From positions 1-32,310 of the forward strand of contig JBEKXM010000001.1 of assembly GCA_049512115.1 (NCBI GenBank): a stretch of 32,310 nucleotides of DNA. Direction: 5' to 3'. This DNA comes from Tepidisphaeraceae bacterium (lineage in GTDB: Bacteria > Planctomycetota > Phycisphaerae > Tepidisphaerales > Tepidisphaeraceae). The position numbers and the translations under genes were made by a program. Below are positions 15,057-25,012 of the stretch, piece by piece. Each line of letters opens with the position of its first letter. Positions within the stretch are counted from its first letter, which is position 1. The notes under the pieces are model-generated. The model saw only the letters and a program-made list of their open reading frames with translations. It was not told the DNA's origin and did no database searches.

Positions 15057-16718
15057 TCAGGCGGTCAGCTTCCCCACGCTTTGGTCCAATCCATCCGGGC
15101 GATTCCGCGCCAGCCAGCATTGCCGATGCAGTTGGACAATCCGGTCCAATTCCTGGGGCGTCGCCTCGCCTCGCGCCTTGCGGCATGCGTAGCGCAGCAT
15201 CGCCGCCGCGTTGGCAAATTCGCCCTTTATCAGTTCCGCGCCCTCTGGCGACATCTTCGCCAAATGGACATTCCGCATGGCGGACTCGATCGCCGCTTGG
15301 GCCCGATCCAAACCTGGGCGCGTGATTCCCTCCATCGGATCGCCGTGCGCGGATGAAGGGACGAGAATGCTGAATAACGCTGAGCGGTTGGGGACGAGTT
15401 TTCCCACGGCCTTGTAGACGTTGCCCAGCTCGCACGCCGCCCGGCCCATGACGCCCGCTTCATCGGCAAAGGCGTGAAGATCGAGCGCCCGCCGAAGCGG
15501 CAAATCGCGATTGGATTGCAGGCACCAGCTTAGCGCCGCCCCCGTGGCCAAGCCGGCAAAACTCATCGGCAAATATTGCAAATGCCCGTGATCGCCCCAG
15601 TCCGTGTTGAGGTATCCAACGGCCCCGTGCTTCAAGCCCGCCTCGGCCGCGGCGCGCTGATTGGCGAGCATGTTGTCCGTCCGTCCGGCGATGCTGCACC
15701 AACTGCTGGTTCCCGGACAGACATAAAACTCCACGCCGCTTTCGCCGAACCGGCGCGCCTCGGCATCGAACGGATGATCGGCCTCGTAACCCCAATTCAG
15801 GGCAATCACGTTTTTGGGCAATTCTCCGATCAGTTGCGGGTCTTTGAGAATGACATCGCCCCAGAACATCATCCGCCGGCCGTGGCGGGCGACCAATTCG
15901 TTGACGCGAAGCAGAAAATCCAGATACACGCGATGCACGCCGCGCCGGCGGCATTCGTCTTTGCTCCTGCCCTGGCCGACGTCGAACGTCTCATCGCAGC
16001 CGACGTTGAACAGGCCGCTGGTGAAATTCGGCAGGAGCTGGGAATACAAATCGGCCAGCAATTCCAGGCTTGCCGGATCGGTCGGACAAAGGCTGAACGG
16101 CCCTTTCCAACGGTATCCCCACGGCGTATCCGAACCCCGGGCCGCCTCGGCCAACGGCAAATATCGCGGATGCTTCAGCCAACGCTCCATGTGTCCGAAA
16201 CTGTTTTGATTCGGCGCCAGCTCGATGAATCGCGATTTGCAATGCTGGTCGAGTTGACGGACCTCATCGCCAGTCATGGCTCCGGCGTCCTGCCAGACCC
16301 GTTCGTGGCCGCGATAGGCGAAGGTATGCTCGGTGTAAAGCTGAAGCTGATTGATCTTCCACCCGGCGAGCATATCGACAAGCGAAAACAGCGTCGGCAT
16401 CGTGGGAACCTTGTCCCGGCTGATGTCGAGCATCACGCCGCGCACCGGGAAATCCGGCCAATCCTCGATCTCGAGGCAGGGCAACGACGCTGGAAACTGC
16501 CTGCGAAGCTGCGCCAGCGTTTGCCGCCCATAAAAAACCCCCGCGGCATCGTGGCCGACGATTCGGCAGGCATCCGGCGTGATCGAAAGCAGATAGCCCC
16601 GCGCATGGGTTGCGCCTGGATCGAGCCGTTCCAGGAGGGGCGCATCGGAGCGCCCCGCAGTCCGCTCCGTTCGCCGCGGCGCGGGCAAAAGGTTGATGGA
16701 ATCCTGGTCGCTCGCCAT
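15057..16718 (-). CDS. glycoside hydrolase family 20-like protein (beta-N-acetylhexosaminidase-like), no signal peptide
   Basis: 553 aa. DWPDFPVRGVMLDISRDKVPTMPTLFSLVDMLAGWKINQLQLYTEHTF and FNVGCDE (D-E pair) fit a GH20 TIM-barrel. The N-terminus MASDQDSINLLPAPRR has no signal peptide. Confidence 0.75.
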   Translation of the reverse strand: MASDQDSINLLPAPRRTERTAGRSDAPLLERLDPGATHARGYLLSITPDACRIVGHDAAGVFYGRQTLAQLRRQFPASLPCLEIEDWPDFPVRGVMLDISRDKVPTMPTLFSLVDMLAGWKINQLQLYTEHTFAYRGHERVWQDAGAMTGDEVRQLDQHCKSRFIELAPNQNSFGHMERWLKHPRYLPLAEAARGSDTPWGYRWKGPFSLCPTDPASLELLADLYSQLLPNFTSGLFNVGCDETFDVGQGRSKDECRRRGVHRVYLDFLLRVNELVARHGRRMMFWGDVILKDPQLIGELPKNVIALNWGYEADHPFDAEARRFGESGVEFYVCPGTSSWCSIAGRTDNMLANQRAAAEAGLKHGAVGYLNTDWGDHGHLQYLPMSFAGLATGAALSWCLQSNRDLPLRRALDLHAFADEAGVMGRAACELGNVYKAVGKLVPNRSALFSILVPSSAHGDPMEGITRPGLDRAQAAIESAMRNVHLAKMSPEGAELIKGEFANAAAMLRYACRKARGEATPQELDRIVQLHRQCWLARNRPDGLDQSVGKLTA

Positions 16719-16805
16719 GAGCCTGAAGTGTAACTAAAAACGCGGCGCCGATCTTTCGAATCGGCGCCGCGGTTCGTCCATACCAGAATTGTTCGATCCA
16801 CGGCT

Positions 16806-19067
16806 TTACGCGGCTTGTCCGCCGTTGTTCTGGTACTCGTAGTAGGTTCGGATGTTGCGGCCGTAGTATCCGCCGCCCTGGGCGCGGACGGCGTTGAGGA
16901 CGACGCCGAGGTGTTCGGCCTTGACCTGCCGGAGCGTGTCGCGCATGCGCGAGAGAACGCCACGGGTGTTGGTGCGGGCGCGAACGACGCTGACGACGCC
17001 ATCGACGCGAGGCGCCAGGGCCACCGTTTCGGAAACGAACAACAGCGGGCCGCTGTCGAAGATCACATGGTCGAATTCCTCCAGGGCGCGTTCGATGAAA
17101 TCGACGAGCAACTGGCTTTCGACCAGTTCGGTGGCGTTGGTGGGCTTGTGGCCGCTGGGCAGGACGAACAGGTTGGGCACCTGCGTTTCCTGCACGGCGT
17201 GCTCGAATAAATCGAGACTGTTCAGGACGTCGGAAAATCCCTGCTCATTGGCGAGGTTGAAGACCCGATGCAGTTCGGGACGACGGAAATTGGCATCAAC
17301 CAGGAGGATTCGCCGGCCGTTGAGCGCCAGACCGGCGGCGAGGTTGCAGGCGATGGTGGATTTGCCGTCGCCGGGCGAGGGGCTGGTGATCAGGATGCTG
17401 CGCGTGGTATCCAGGGACGAGCTGTGCTGGAGGCGCGTTCGCACCTGTCGAAGCTGTTCGGCCATCATGGAGTGCGGCGCCTCAAAGATGACGACGGGCA
17501 GGCGAGCGCCGGCGGATTGCGGATCGTCGTCCTCGTGCGGGACCATTCCCAGAAGGTTCAAAGACCCGACGCGGCTGATGTCGCGAGGCGAGCGGATGGT
17601 GGTATCCAGCAGTTCGCGGAGGAAGGCGATCCCCAGCGCCAGGAGCAGGCCCAAGGCGATCGACACGGTCATCGTCGCGGCGAGTTTGGGGAAACTGGGA
17701 ATCTCCGGAAGCTCCGGTTGCGCTTCCCATTCCACGCCGCCGAGGTCGCGCCTGGCGTTGTAGCTGGTGATCAGCTCCAACCGATTCTCGATCCCCTTCA
17801 GCTTCTCCTCGTCCAAGGTGCGCTCCGCCTGCTTCTGAATCAACTGTTGCACGCGCTCGGTGAGCTGGGCCATCTGGCCGTTGAGGTCCTTGATACTCTT
17901 ATCCATCATGTCGGCGCGGGCTTGGGCGTCTCGCGCCTTTTGGTTGAGCTGTTGTTCGATCTGGCTCCTGTAGCGCACTCGGGCCCTGTCTTCCTCCGTT
18001 TTCTCCCGACGGTCGACCATCTCCTTCTTCTGCTCGAGGCTTCGAAGCATTGGACTGTCGGGGCCCATATTGCCGCCGCGGGCCCCACCCAGTTCCAAGT
18101 CGAAGGTGTTTTGCATTTGCCTGAGGTTGACAATTTCGGGGTCCTTGTTTACCAGCTCCTCGACCTGCGGGATGTTGGTCGGATCATTGGCGATCTGCCT
18201 CTCCAGCTCGCCGTATTGCTCCTTGGCGGTCTGCTCTTCGAGCCTGGCGACCTGGAGATTTTGCAGCCACGCCTGGAGGGTCATGTCCTTCTCGCTGATC
18301 TTGGTGACGGTGCCGGAAACACCGTCGGAACTCAGTTCCACCAGAAGGTCGGAAATGTCGCCGTCGTCCAGCTTCACCCGGCCCTCGGCGGCGATTCGTT
18401 GCTGTTCGAGGTCCTGGTTGAAGCTGTACTGGCGATCGCGGCTTTTTTCCTGCTGGTCCTTGATGTACTGATCGACAAAGGATTGGACGACGACCTGGCA
18501 GGATTTGGGATCGCTGTCGGTCATGCTGACAACGATCAAGGGCGAATCGGGCGCGGAGGTGACCTGCAATTCGCCGTCGGCGAGGTTGGCCTTGGCCTCC
18601 TGAATGGTCGGTTGGCGCTTAAACCACTGAGTGGTGCGGATTTCGTCGTTGGGATTTTGCAGCACCTTGGTGATCAGGGCCGGATCGTTCATCATGGTGG
18701 TATGCAGACGGATTTGCAGGGGAAGGGCTTGGACGTTGAAGTCGTTGGAGGTGCGGAGCGTGCCTTCCTCGTTGGGCTCGAACATGCCGGGAATAACCAC
18801 CTTTCCTTCGGCGGTGTAGTGCGGATGGTACTTGTTCAACCAGTAATTGATGCCATATCCGGCACCGGCGCTGACGACCAAAAATAGGATGATCAGCCAA
18901 AAATTGGAGCGAATGACGCGCCAGACGTCGGAGCCGGACATGGTGGCCGATGCCTGGGCCTGCGCATGGCCGATGGCGCCGCCGGCGGGAAAGCTGGTGG
19001 TAACCGGCAAAGAGGAAAAACCCGGTCGCGGCAATCGCACTGCCGCTGTCTGCGGTAACGTAGTCAT
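16806..19067 (-). CDS. polysaccharide chain-length determinant fused to BY-type tyrosine autokinase (Wzc/GumC-like)
   Basis: 753 aa. TM helix, long coiled-coil periplasmic region, second TM, then a P-loop kinase: ILITSPSPGDGKSTIACNLA (Walker A), ILLVDANFRRP (A'), VIFDSGP (B). Tyr-rich tail GGGYYGRNIRTYYEYQ. AGGAG lies ~10 nt upstream of ATG 19067. The alternative ATG 18941 would remove a 42-aa leader. Confidence 0.9.
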   Translation of the reverse strand: MTTLPQTAAVRLPRPGFSSLPVTTSFPAGGAIGHAQAQASATMSGSDVWRVIRSNFWLIILFLVVSAGAGYGINYWLNKYHPHYTAEGKVVIPGMFEPNEEGTLRTSNDFNVQALPLQIRLHTTMMNDPALITKVLQNPNDEIRTTQWFKRQPTIQEAKANLADGELQVTSAPDSPLIVVSMTDSDPKSCQVVVQSFVDQYIKDQQEKSRDRQYSFNQDLEQQRIAAEGRVKLDDGDISDLLVELSSDGVSGTVTKISEKDMTLQAWLQNLQVARLEEQTAKEQYGELERQIANDPTNIPQVEELVNKDPEIVNLRQMQNTFDLELGGARGGNMGPDSPMLRSLEQKKEMVDRREKTEEDRARVRYRSQIEQQLNQKARDAQARADMMDKSIKDLNGQMAQLTERVQQLIQKQAERTLDEEKLKGIENRLELITSYNARRDLGGVEWEAQPELPEIPSFPKLAATMTVSIALGLLLALGIAFLRELLDTTIRSPRDISRVGSLNLLGMVPHEDDDPQSAGARLPVVIFEAPHSMMAEQLRQVRTRLQHSSSLDTTRSILITSPSPGDGKSTIACNLAAGLALNGRRILLVDANFRRPELHRVFNLANEQGFSDVLNSLDLFEHAVQETQVPNLFVLPSGHKPTNATELVESQLLVDFIERALEEFDHVIFDSGPLLFVSETVALAPRVDGVVSVVRARTNTRGVLSRMRDTLRQVKAEHLGVVLNAVRAQGGGYYGRNIRTYYEYQNNGGQAA

Positions 19068-19247
19068 AACGACACATCTCCTGGGGAACCGCGCACACCC
19101 GTCCTAATCCGAGCTTTTGCGCCGCGCTCGCTCCGCACAACACGCGAAGAAACACGCCCCTGCAAATTCTCGATTATTTCACATGCTCTCATGTTACATC
19201 GACGCATTCAATCGCTCTTTCCACGGGAGGCAAACCGGCCCGATTGC

Positions 19248-22200
19248 TTATGGGACCGAAGCCTGCGGCTTGGCAAGCTTCTGTGCCTCTGATCGGTTGA
19301 CCAAATCCTGTAGCTTAGCGCGGAGAACGGCATCCTGGGCGCCAGCTTTTTGCTTGTTAATCATTTGCAGGCCAAGCTTTGCCTGCATCTCGGCCTGAAC
19401 CGGATCGGGCGTCTGCATCCGCAGATAGCCCTCGCCGAGATGCAAATACTCATCGGGAAACGGCGGGAAGTTATTCATTGCGGTGTTCAGTATATGTACG
19501 CCTTCGGCCGCCGAGCCGTTCAAAATCAGCAGCCAGGCCTGCGTGTCCTGTAGTCGCGGTTCCGTTCGGCCGAGCCGCGACATCTTGCTGATGGCGGCAT
19601 TGATGTATTGCAAACCCTCCTGGGCACGGGGGGGCGAATAGTCGTCGGCCAGCAGGCAGGCAAGATTGTTCAGCGACTCGAGATTGTCCGGTTCAAGCTG
19701 TAGCCAGCGCTTGTAGGCCGCATAGGCCTTGTCCACCAGGGGCGTCGGCTTGGCCAGTTGATACATGACGGCAGCGCCGGACAAGACGATGATCTGATCG
19801 CGTTTGGCGAGCTTGTCGAAATTAGTCATGATTCCGTCGACGATCGCCAGCGCGGCCGAATCATCTCCATGGGCCTGATAGAGTTGCACTAGGGCGATCT
19901 TGGCCCCTACATTGTCCTTGGCGATAGCTGAAACGTCTTTGACGGCCTCGTCGTAGCCAAATTCCTGGTTAATACTTCGCGCGATGCTACCGAGTTCAAG
20001 GGGATGGTCTCCCGCCATCGCGGCGGACAGGGCCCGTTTGAAGTCCGGCAGCGCCGCCTGGTCGTTGCCAAGGCGCTTTTCCGCCAGAGCCAGGTCCCAC
20101 AGGGCCCATGGGGTTGTCTTGAGCTTGTCGCTCATCGCGGCGTAGTGGTCAACGACGGCCTGGAAATTTTGGCTATTCTGCAATAGCTGCATGTTGGTCC
20201 GCACGACGGTTGGATTGTCCGGGGCAATCCGAAGCGCCATTTCGCTTTTGGCCAGAGCGTTGTCTTTGAGGCCCAGCTCGCTGTAGATCACCGCCTCGCT
20301 CTGGAAGATGTCCGGATCGTGGTCGAAGGGGGAGACGGTTTCGACCTCCTGTAGCAGCTTCAACGCCTCGGAGAGCCGCGGATGCGGGCCGCCGCTGAAC
20401 ATGCCCACGAGCCTCATCCGCACATCCTTGTTCTTCGGTTCGATCCGGAGTGCTGCCAGCAACTCGGTGGCGGCCTCATCCGGCTGGCCGAGCATGAGGT
20501 GCGCGTCCGACAGACACAGCCGGACGTCCACCTTGTTGGGACTGGACTGGCGAACCGCTTCGAGATCTTGCAGCGCCCCGGCGGCAGCCGGCGGCTGCAT
20601 ACGCAACCGCGCGCGCCCCCGGCAGAACAGCGCCGTGAGTTGCCTCGGATTGATCGCCAGCGCCTTTGTCGCACGGTCCGCGGCATCCTGGAATTGGCCA
20701 TGCTCAAACAACGCCAGCGACCAGATGGTCAGTAGTTGCTCGGCGTTCACCGGGTTGCGGCTCAGATCGGACTTCAGTTCCTTCTGGGCATCGTCGAATT
20801 TTCCTTGGACGAGCAGGACTTCGATCGTCTTCTCCTGAACGTCGGGATTGTCGGTGTTCACGTCACGCAACAAGTGAATCGCGTCGTCGTATTTGCGGTG
20901 CATCGCCAGCAGGCTCGCCATGCGGATTTGCATGTCGGGCCGATAGCCCGATCGCGCCATCGCATCGTGCATTTCATCTTCGGACTTGTCCTGCATTCCC
21001 GCCCGTTCGTAGAAATCGGACAGCGCCAGGTACGGATCGGGCTGTGTTTTCCATGCCGGCTGCGACGCCCAGCTTTCCAGCGTCTTCAGGGCATCGTTCG
21101 GCAGCTTGGCCGCCAACTGGCATCGTGACAACGCGATGTACAACTCCGATTCGTTGGGCCATTTCACCACCGTGTCCTTCAACGCCTTGACGGCCTCCAG
21201 GGCTTGCTTGACGGCATCGTCGGGTTGGTTGTTCTTGTAGAGCATGTCCACGTAACGAAGCACCACGTCGCCCATGGCGGCATAAAGCTCCGGCTGATTG
21301 GGCCGGGTTTGCAGTTCGTCCTGAATGTCCTTCAAGGCAACCTCGGGCTTGCCGTAGTTCAGTTCATGCGTCACCCTCATTCGGGTGAGGGTCTGGTCGT
21401 TCGGGAGGTACTTGAGTCCGTCTTCGATCGTGTGCAAGGCATCATCGGGCCGGTGCAGAGCATAGTAGCACCGCACCAGCCCGACGTAGGCATCCCACAG
21501 ATTCGTCTCCTTCTGCAAGGCAACGAGGAATTGGGGAACCGCCTGATCGTACTGCTCTTCGGCCTCCAACACGTTCCCCAGCGCAAGCCAGGAACGCGCG
21601 AACTCGGGTTTGTCCAGGGTCAGTTTCCGGGCTATCGCTTCGGCGGTCGCGTTATCCTTCTGTGCCATGGCCAGCGCCAAGCGGTACATATCGCCCCCCG
21701 CCTGATCGGAGTTGGCCTTGGCCAGCACGGGAATGCACGCGCGCGCCTCCGGGTACTGTCCCGTCTTCAGATAGTGATTGAAAAGCAGTTCCTGAACGTG
21801 AGGGGAATCGGGCGCCAGCGATTGAGCGTTCTTGAGATCCGCTGCCTCTTCAGTCTCATTGCCACTGCGCGCCGCCAGCGCCGCCAGCATCAACTGTCCC
21901 TGGACCTTGTCGGGATTCTCTTCGGCAATCTCCTTCTCCAGACTCTCGATTTTCTTGGGGTCTTCGCCCTTGAGCGCCGGGATCAGCAGACGAAGCCGGG
22001 GATTTTTCGGATTGGCCGCCAGCCCGCGATTGGCGGCAGCCAGGGCCTGGTCCTTTTTGTCCAGGTGATACAGAAGCTCCGACAGCATGATCCAATCGTC
22101 GGCGTTGGCGGGATTCCGGTCCGTGCTCAACGTCAGAAGCCGGGCGGCCTCGGGGTAATCCTTGACCACGACCGCGACTCTCGCTTTGGCGCTGGCCTGT

Positions 22201-23894
22201 CTGGCAGTCTGCTCACCGAGCGCCGAGTAGAGTTGTCTGATCTTGTCCTGGTTCTTCTCTGGGTTACTCAGCAGGAGCTGAATGCGAAAAACGTTCAACT
22301 CCGGATCCTTTGGGAGGAGGCGCTGGAGTTCGTCAAGGTGGGCGGGTACCTGGTCCGGGTGGCCGATCAGCAGCAGGCGGACCAGGTGCTTCCGCGTCTG
22401 CACGTCCCGGGGGAATTGCTGCACCACGTCCTTCAAAATAGTCAGGGCGTTGGCGGACTGATTGGTGTCCTCATATCCCTGCGCCAGCAGCGTCTGGAAA
22501 ACGTACCAATAGTAGTTCTTGGTCGCCGGAGGGTTGTCCGCCATCATCTTGCTGAGGCCCTGAACGGCGAGCACCTCCTCGCTGGTGCCCGAGCCAATCT
22601 GGAATCGGGCTTCCACCTCCTTGAGCGGTAGAATCAGTCTGAAACCGGCGGCCTGGTCCAGCTTGTCCAGGGAAGCGCGGATTTCATCGTGCAGCTTCGT
22701 CTTTTCGAGCGAGGCCGGCATCGGCAGGTAATGGAAAACCTGGACCTTGGCCATCTCCAACATGACCCTGAACCGCAAACCGCCGAGCGCGATGTGATTG
22801 GGATCGTCCGTCAGAGACCCCAGCGTGGATTTGAGCAATTGCAGCGCCTGTTCCTGGGTGCCGGGCGACCGGCCCATCAGCTCGGCCCGCGCCAGGCGAG
22901 CGTCGGGCGTATCGGGCATCTTGTCATATATCTTCATCGCGCCGGCCGGATCGCCCCGCCGCATGGCCATCTCCGCCGCAGTCTGGTTGATCTCCACGTA
23001 GTTCGGGTCGCTCTGCTTCACCAATTCAAGTGCTCTGGCAATCTCCGATTTCGCGCGGTCCTGGTCTTTCTGCATCACGTCGGGACTTGACTGATCCACT
23101 CCTGACAAGTGTTCCAGCACCCTTGCGAAGTAATAATGCATGGAGGCGTTTTGGTCCTGCGAGCCCCCGTGCGGACCCGTCAGCACCGTCTCAAACGTCG
23201 CCACGGCGTTGTGGTAATGTTCGGTGACCTCTTTCAACTGAACCGGCGAGGGGTTTTGGCCCGCCAAATTCATTCCCAACTCGATCTCGGCGCTGGCAAT
23301 GGCGTAGGGCAGATCGCCGTTTGCGGGGTTCTTCTTCCAGAGGTCCTTCATTTCTTTGGTGGCACTATCCACCTCTTTCTGATCCGCATCGACTCCGTTG
23401 GCCCAAGCCTCAATGACCAGCTTGTCCGCCAAGGCCTGCATCTGCTCGTCCTTCGGGTCGGCCTGATGGGCGCGTCGGGTGTAGTCGATCGCGTTGCGGA
23501 AAAGATCGGCTCGGGGCTGTTGCTCCGCATGGGTTCTATACCAGTCGCTCAGCGCCATGAGCGCCGGCAGGTAGTTGGGATCGATTTCCAGCGCCTGGGT
23601 ATATGCCGCAACCTCAAACTGGCTGGCTTGCGGATCGTCCTCGGCCATCTTGGCCAGCGCTCCGCCCAGCATCATCTGCGTCTGGGGGTCATGGGGATTG
23701 AGCTTGGCGGCCTTGGCGAAGTCGGTGACCGCGTCCCCCCAGCTGCGATCCTTCATCGCCTGCTGGCCGAGGGCGATATAGCGGTCGGGGTGCTCGCGGA
23801 TCAGAAATCTCTGCGCCAGGAGTCCCGCCGCCACCGCCCCGACCAAAACGAGGAGCAGGATTGTTAAAAACCGGGTGTTGAGCCGTCTTGCCAT
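19248..23894 (-). CDS. giant membrane-anchored TPR-repeat protein (PrsT-like role inferred)
   Basis: 1548 aa. N-terminal anchor FLTILLLVLVGAVAAGLLA. The rest reads as continuous TPR-like helical hairpins (recurrent A..Y..AL...P....A...LG patterns). It sits between EpsI and the Wzc-like gene. Confidence 0.85.
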   Translation of the reverse strand: MARRLNTRFLTILLLVLVGAVAAGLLAQRFLIREHPDRYIALGQQAMKDRSWGDAVTDFAKAAKLNPHDPQTQMMLGGALAKMAEDDPQASQFEVAAYTQALEIDPNYLPALMALSDWYRTHAEQQPRADLFRNAIDYTRRAHQADPKDEQMQALADKLVIEAWANGVDADQKEVDSATKEMKDLWKKNPANGDLPYAIASAEIELGMNLAGQNPSPVQLKEVTEHYHNAVATFETVLTGPHGGSQDQNASMHYYFARVLEHLSGVDQSSPDVMQKDQDRAKSEIARALELVKQSDPNYVEINQTAAEMAMRRGDPAGAMKIYDKMPDTPDARLARAELMGRSPGTQEQALQLLKSTLGSLTDDPNHIALGGLRFRVMLEMAKVQVFHYLPMPASLEKTKLHDEIRASLDKLDQAAGFRLILPLKEVEARFQIGSGTSEEVLAVQGLSKMMADNPPATKNYYWYVFQTLLAQGYEDTNQSANALTILKDVVQQFPRDVQTRKHLVRLLLIGHPDQVPAHLDELQRLLPKDPELNVFRIQLLLSNPEKNQDKIRQLYSALGEQTARQASAKARVAVVVKDYPEAARLLTLSTDRNPANADDWIMLSELLYHLDKKDQALAAANRGLAANPKNPRLRLLIPALKGEDPKKIESLEKEIAEENPDKVQGQLMLAALAARSGNETEEAADLKNAQSLAPDSPHVQELLFNHYLKTGQYPEARACIPVLAKANSDQAGGDMYRLALAMAQKDNATAEAIARKLTLDKPEFARSWLALGNVLEAEEQYDQAVPQFLVALQKETNLWDAYVGLVRCYYALHRPDDALHTIEDGLKYLPNDQTLTRMRVTHELNYGKPEVALKDIQDELQTRPNQPELYAAMGDVVLRYVDMLYKNNQPDDAVKQALEAVKALKDTVVKWPNESELYIALSRCQLAAKLPNDALKTLESWASQPAWKTQPDPYLALSDFYERAGMQDKSEDEMHDAMARSGYRPDMQIRMASLLAMHRKYDDAIHLLRDVNTDNPDVQEKTIEVLLVQGKFDDAQKELKSDLSRNPVNAEQLLTIWSLALFEHGQFQDAADRATKALAINPRQLTALFCRGRARLRMQPPAAAGALQDLEAVRQSSPNKVDVRLCLSDAHLMLGQPDEAATELLAALRIEPKNKDVRMRLVGMFSGGPHPRLSEALKLLQEVETVSPFDHDPDIFQSEAVIYSELGLKDNALAKSEMALRIAPDNPTVVRTNMQLLQNSQNFQAVVDHYAAMSDKLKTTPWALWDLALAEKRLGNDQAALPDFKRALSAAMAGDHPLELGSIARSINQEFGYDEAVKDVSAIAKDNVGAKIALVQLYQAHGDDSAALAIVDGIMTNFDKLAKRDQIIVLSGAAVMYQLAKPTPLVDKAYAAYKRWLQLEPDNLESLNNLACLLADDYSPPRAQEGLQYINAAISKMSRLGRTEPRLQDTQAWLLILNGSAAEGVHILNTAMNNFPPFPDEYLHLGEGYLRMQTPDPVQAEMQAKLGLQMINKQKAGAQDAVLRAKLQDLVNRSEAQKLAKPQASVP

Positions 23895-24016
23895 GAGTAA
23901 CCTTCAATCTCCGCCTGAACGCGATAAAGGAGATGGATATCTCCAATATGCCTCAGCGTGGTCGAAAGTTGCATCTTTCGACAGCGCCGCTGGCGCGGAT
24001 CGCCCCAAAAATCCTC

Positions 24017-25012
24017 CTACGGATGGGAATGCTTCACCTTAGTCCAGTCAGGGAAGCAAGTTTCGATCTGCGGCCGCGCCGCCGTCAGAAAGTCTGCCAT
24101 CGCCGCGCTGGCATTAGAAATATCGGTATCTTCAATGTTCGGCACAAGGGTCATCAGTTCAATTTTGGCGTAATAACCATAACGTTCGGTCAAATCCTCC
24201 AAGGTTGTCCGGACCCCCAGGGGATCGCTTTCATAATGACCATTGGTGTGGAAGACGTAGGCCACGCATTTGGACACCCGGTTATTCCCCGTCGAGTCCT
24301 GGAAGCTGATAAACCGAACCGACTGAGAAAAAGGCTTGCCCGAAGCATCCGTGCCAAGCTGCCAGACGGGCACGGTGTACGATGACGGCTCGTATCCGTC
24401 GGCGATGTAGCAGCGGTCGGGGATGTGCGCCACGGTATCCACAAGGCCCGTGTAATACGTCAACCCAAGGTGAATGACGTCGCCCCAATGGTTCTTCACC
24501 TCCAGCGCCGACACGATCGACTTGCGCTCGCCGGGGGTCTTGCCTTGCAGCGCGTCGTTGATCATCCGCACCTGCTGATCGAAGGAAGCGGAATTGAATT
24601 TCGTCGTGGCCGCCTCGGCGGCATGCTGAGCGGCCGCCTCCGGCAACGACGGCTGCGTCGCCGCGGAAGCCGGGCCCGCCTTGGTGGCCATCATTGCCAC
24701 CAGATCGGCGCCGGCGCGATCCACCTCAATGTAATCACGGTAAATGTAACTTTCCGTGCCCAGCACGTCCTCGGTCTCCTTGTCCAGCTTGTCGTCTTGC
24801 GACACTTGCAGCCAACGGCCCATGACCGGCGGCAACTCGCGGAACTCGCGCGGCTGGGCAACCGAGTCCTTCTTGAAATGCAGCTTGAGGTTCCACACAA
24901 ACCCGTTGAACGCGATCGCCGACACCAGCAGGATTCCCGAAACGATCACGAACGCCGGATGCGCCGCGCCTCGCGACTGACCGCGTGAAAATTTGGGACC
25001 ATTCCAACTCAT
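24017..25012 (-). CDS. exosortase-associated EpsI-family protein (DUF3485-like) with an Ala-rich insertion
   Basis: 331 aa. N-terminal TM (AFVIVSGILLVSAIAFNGFVW), LPPVMGRWLQ, VIHLGLTYYTG...HIPDRCYIADGYEP (EpsI-type H.P..C motif). Its ATG overlaps the exosortase TGA (ATGA at 25009-25012). Confidence 0.8.
   Translation of the reverse strand: MSWNGPKFSRGQSRGAAHPAFVIVSGILLVSAIAFNGFVWNLKLHFKKDSVAQPREFRELPPVMGRWLQVSQDDKLDKETEDVLGTESYIYRDYIEVDRAGADLVAMMATKAGPASAATQPSLPEAAAQHAAEAATTKFNSASFDQQVRMINDALQGKTPGERKSIVSALEVKNHWGDVIHLGLTYYTGLVDTVAHIPDRCYIADGYEPSSYTVPVWQLGTDASGKPFSQSVRFISFQDSTGNNRVSKCVAYVFHTNGHYESDPLGVRTTLEDLTERYGYYAKIELMTLVPNIEDTDISNASAAMADFLTAARPQIETCFPDWTKVKHSHP

Noticed and set aside
15576-16733. 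385-aa plus-strand ORF antisense to the GH20-like gene
   Set aside because: Same reasoning. The minus-strand product carries recognisable GH20 motifs and the plus-strand product carries none.
17268-18887. 539-aa plus-strand ORF antisense to the Wzc-like gene
   Set aside because: It lies entirely inside a well-supported minus-strand gene. The product is Gly/Arg/Leu/Val-rich nonsense with no motifs. Long antisense ORFs are expected in high-GC coding DNA.
21204-22631. 475-aa plus-strand ORF, and several shorter ones, antisense to the TPR gene
   Set aside because: No motifs and biased composition. The minus-strand TPR reading frame is continuous over 4.6 kb, which is far stronger evidence.
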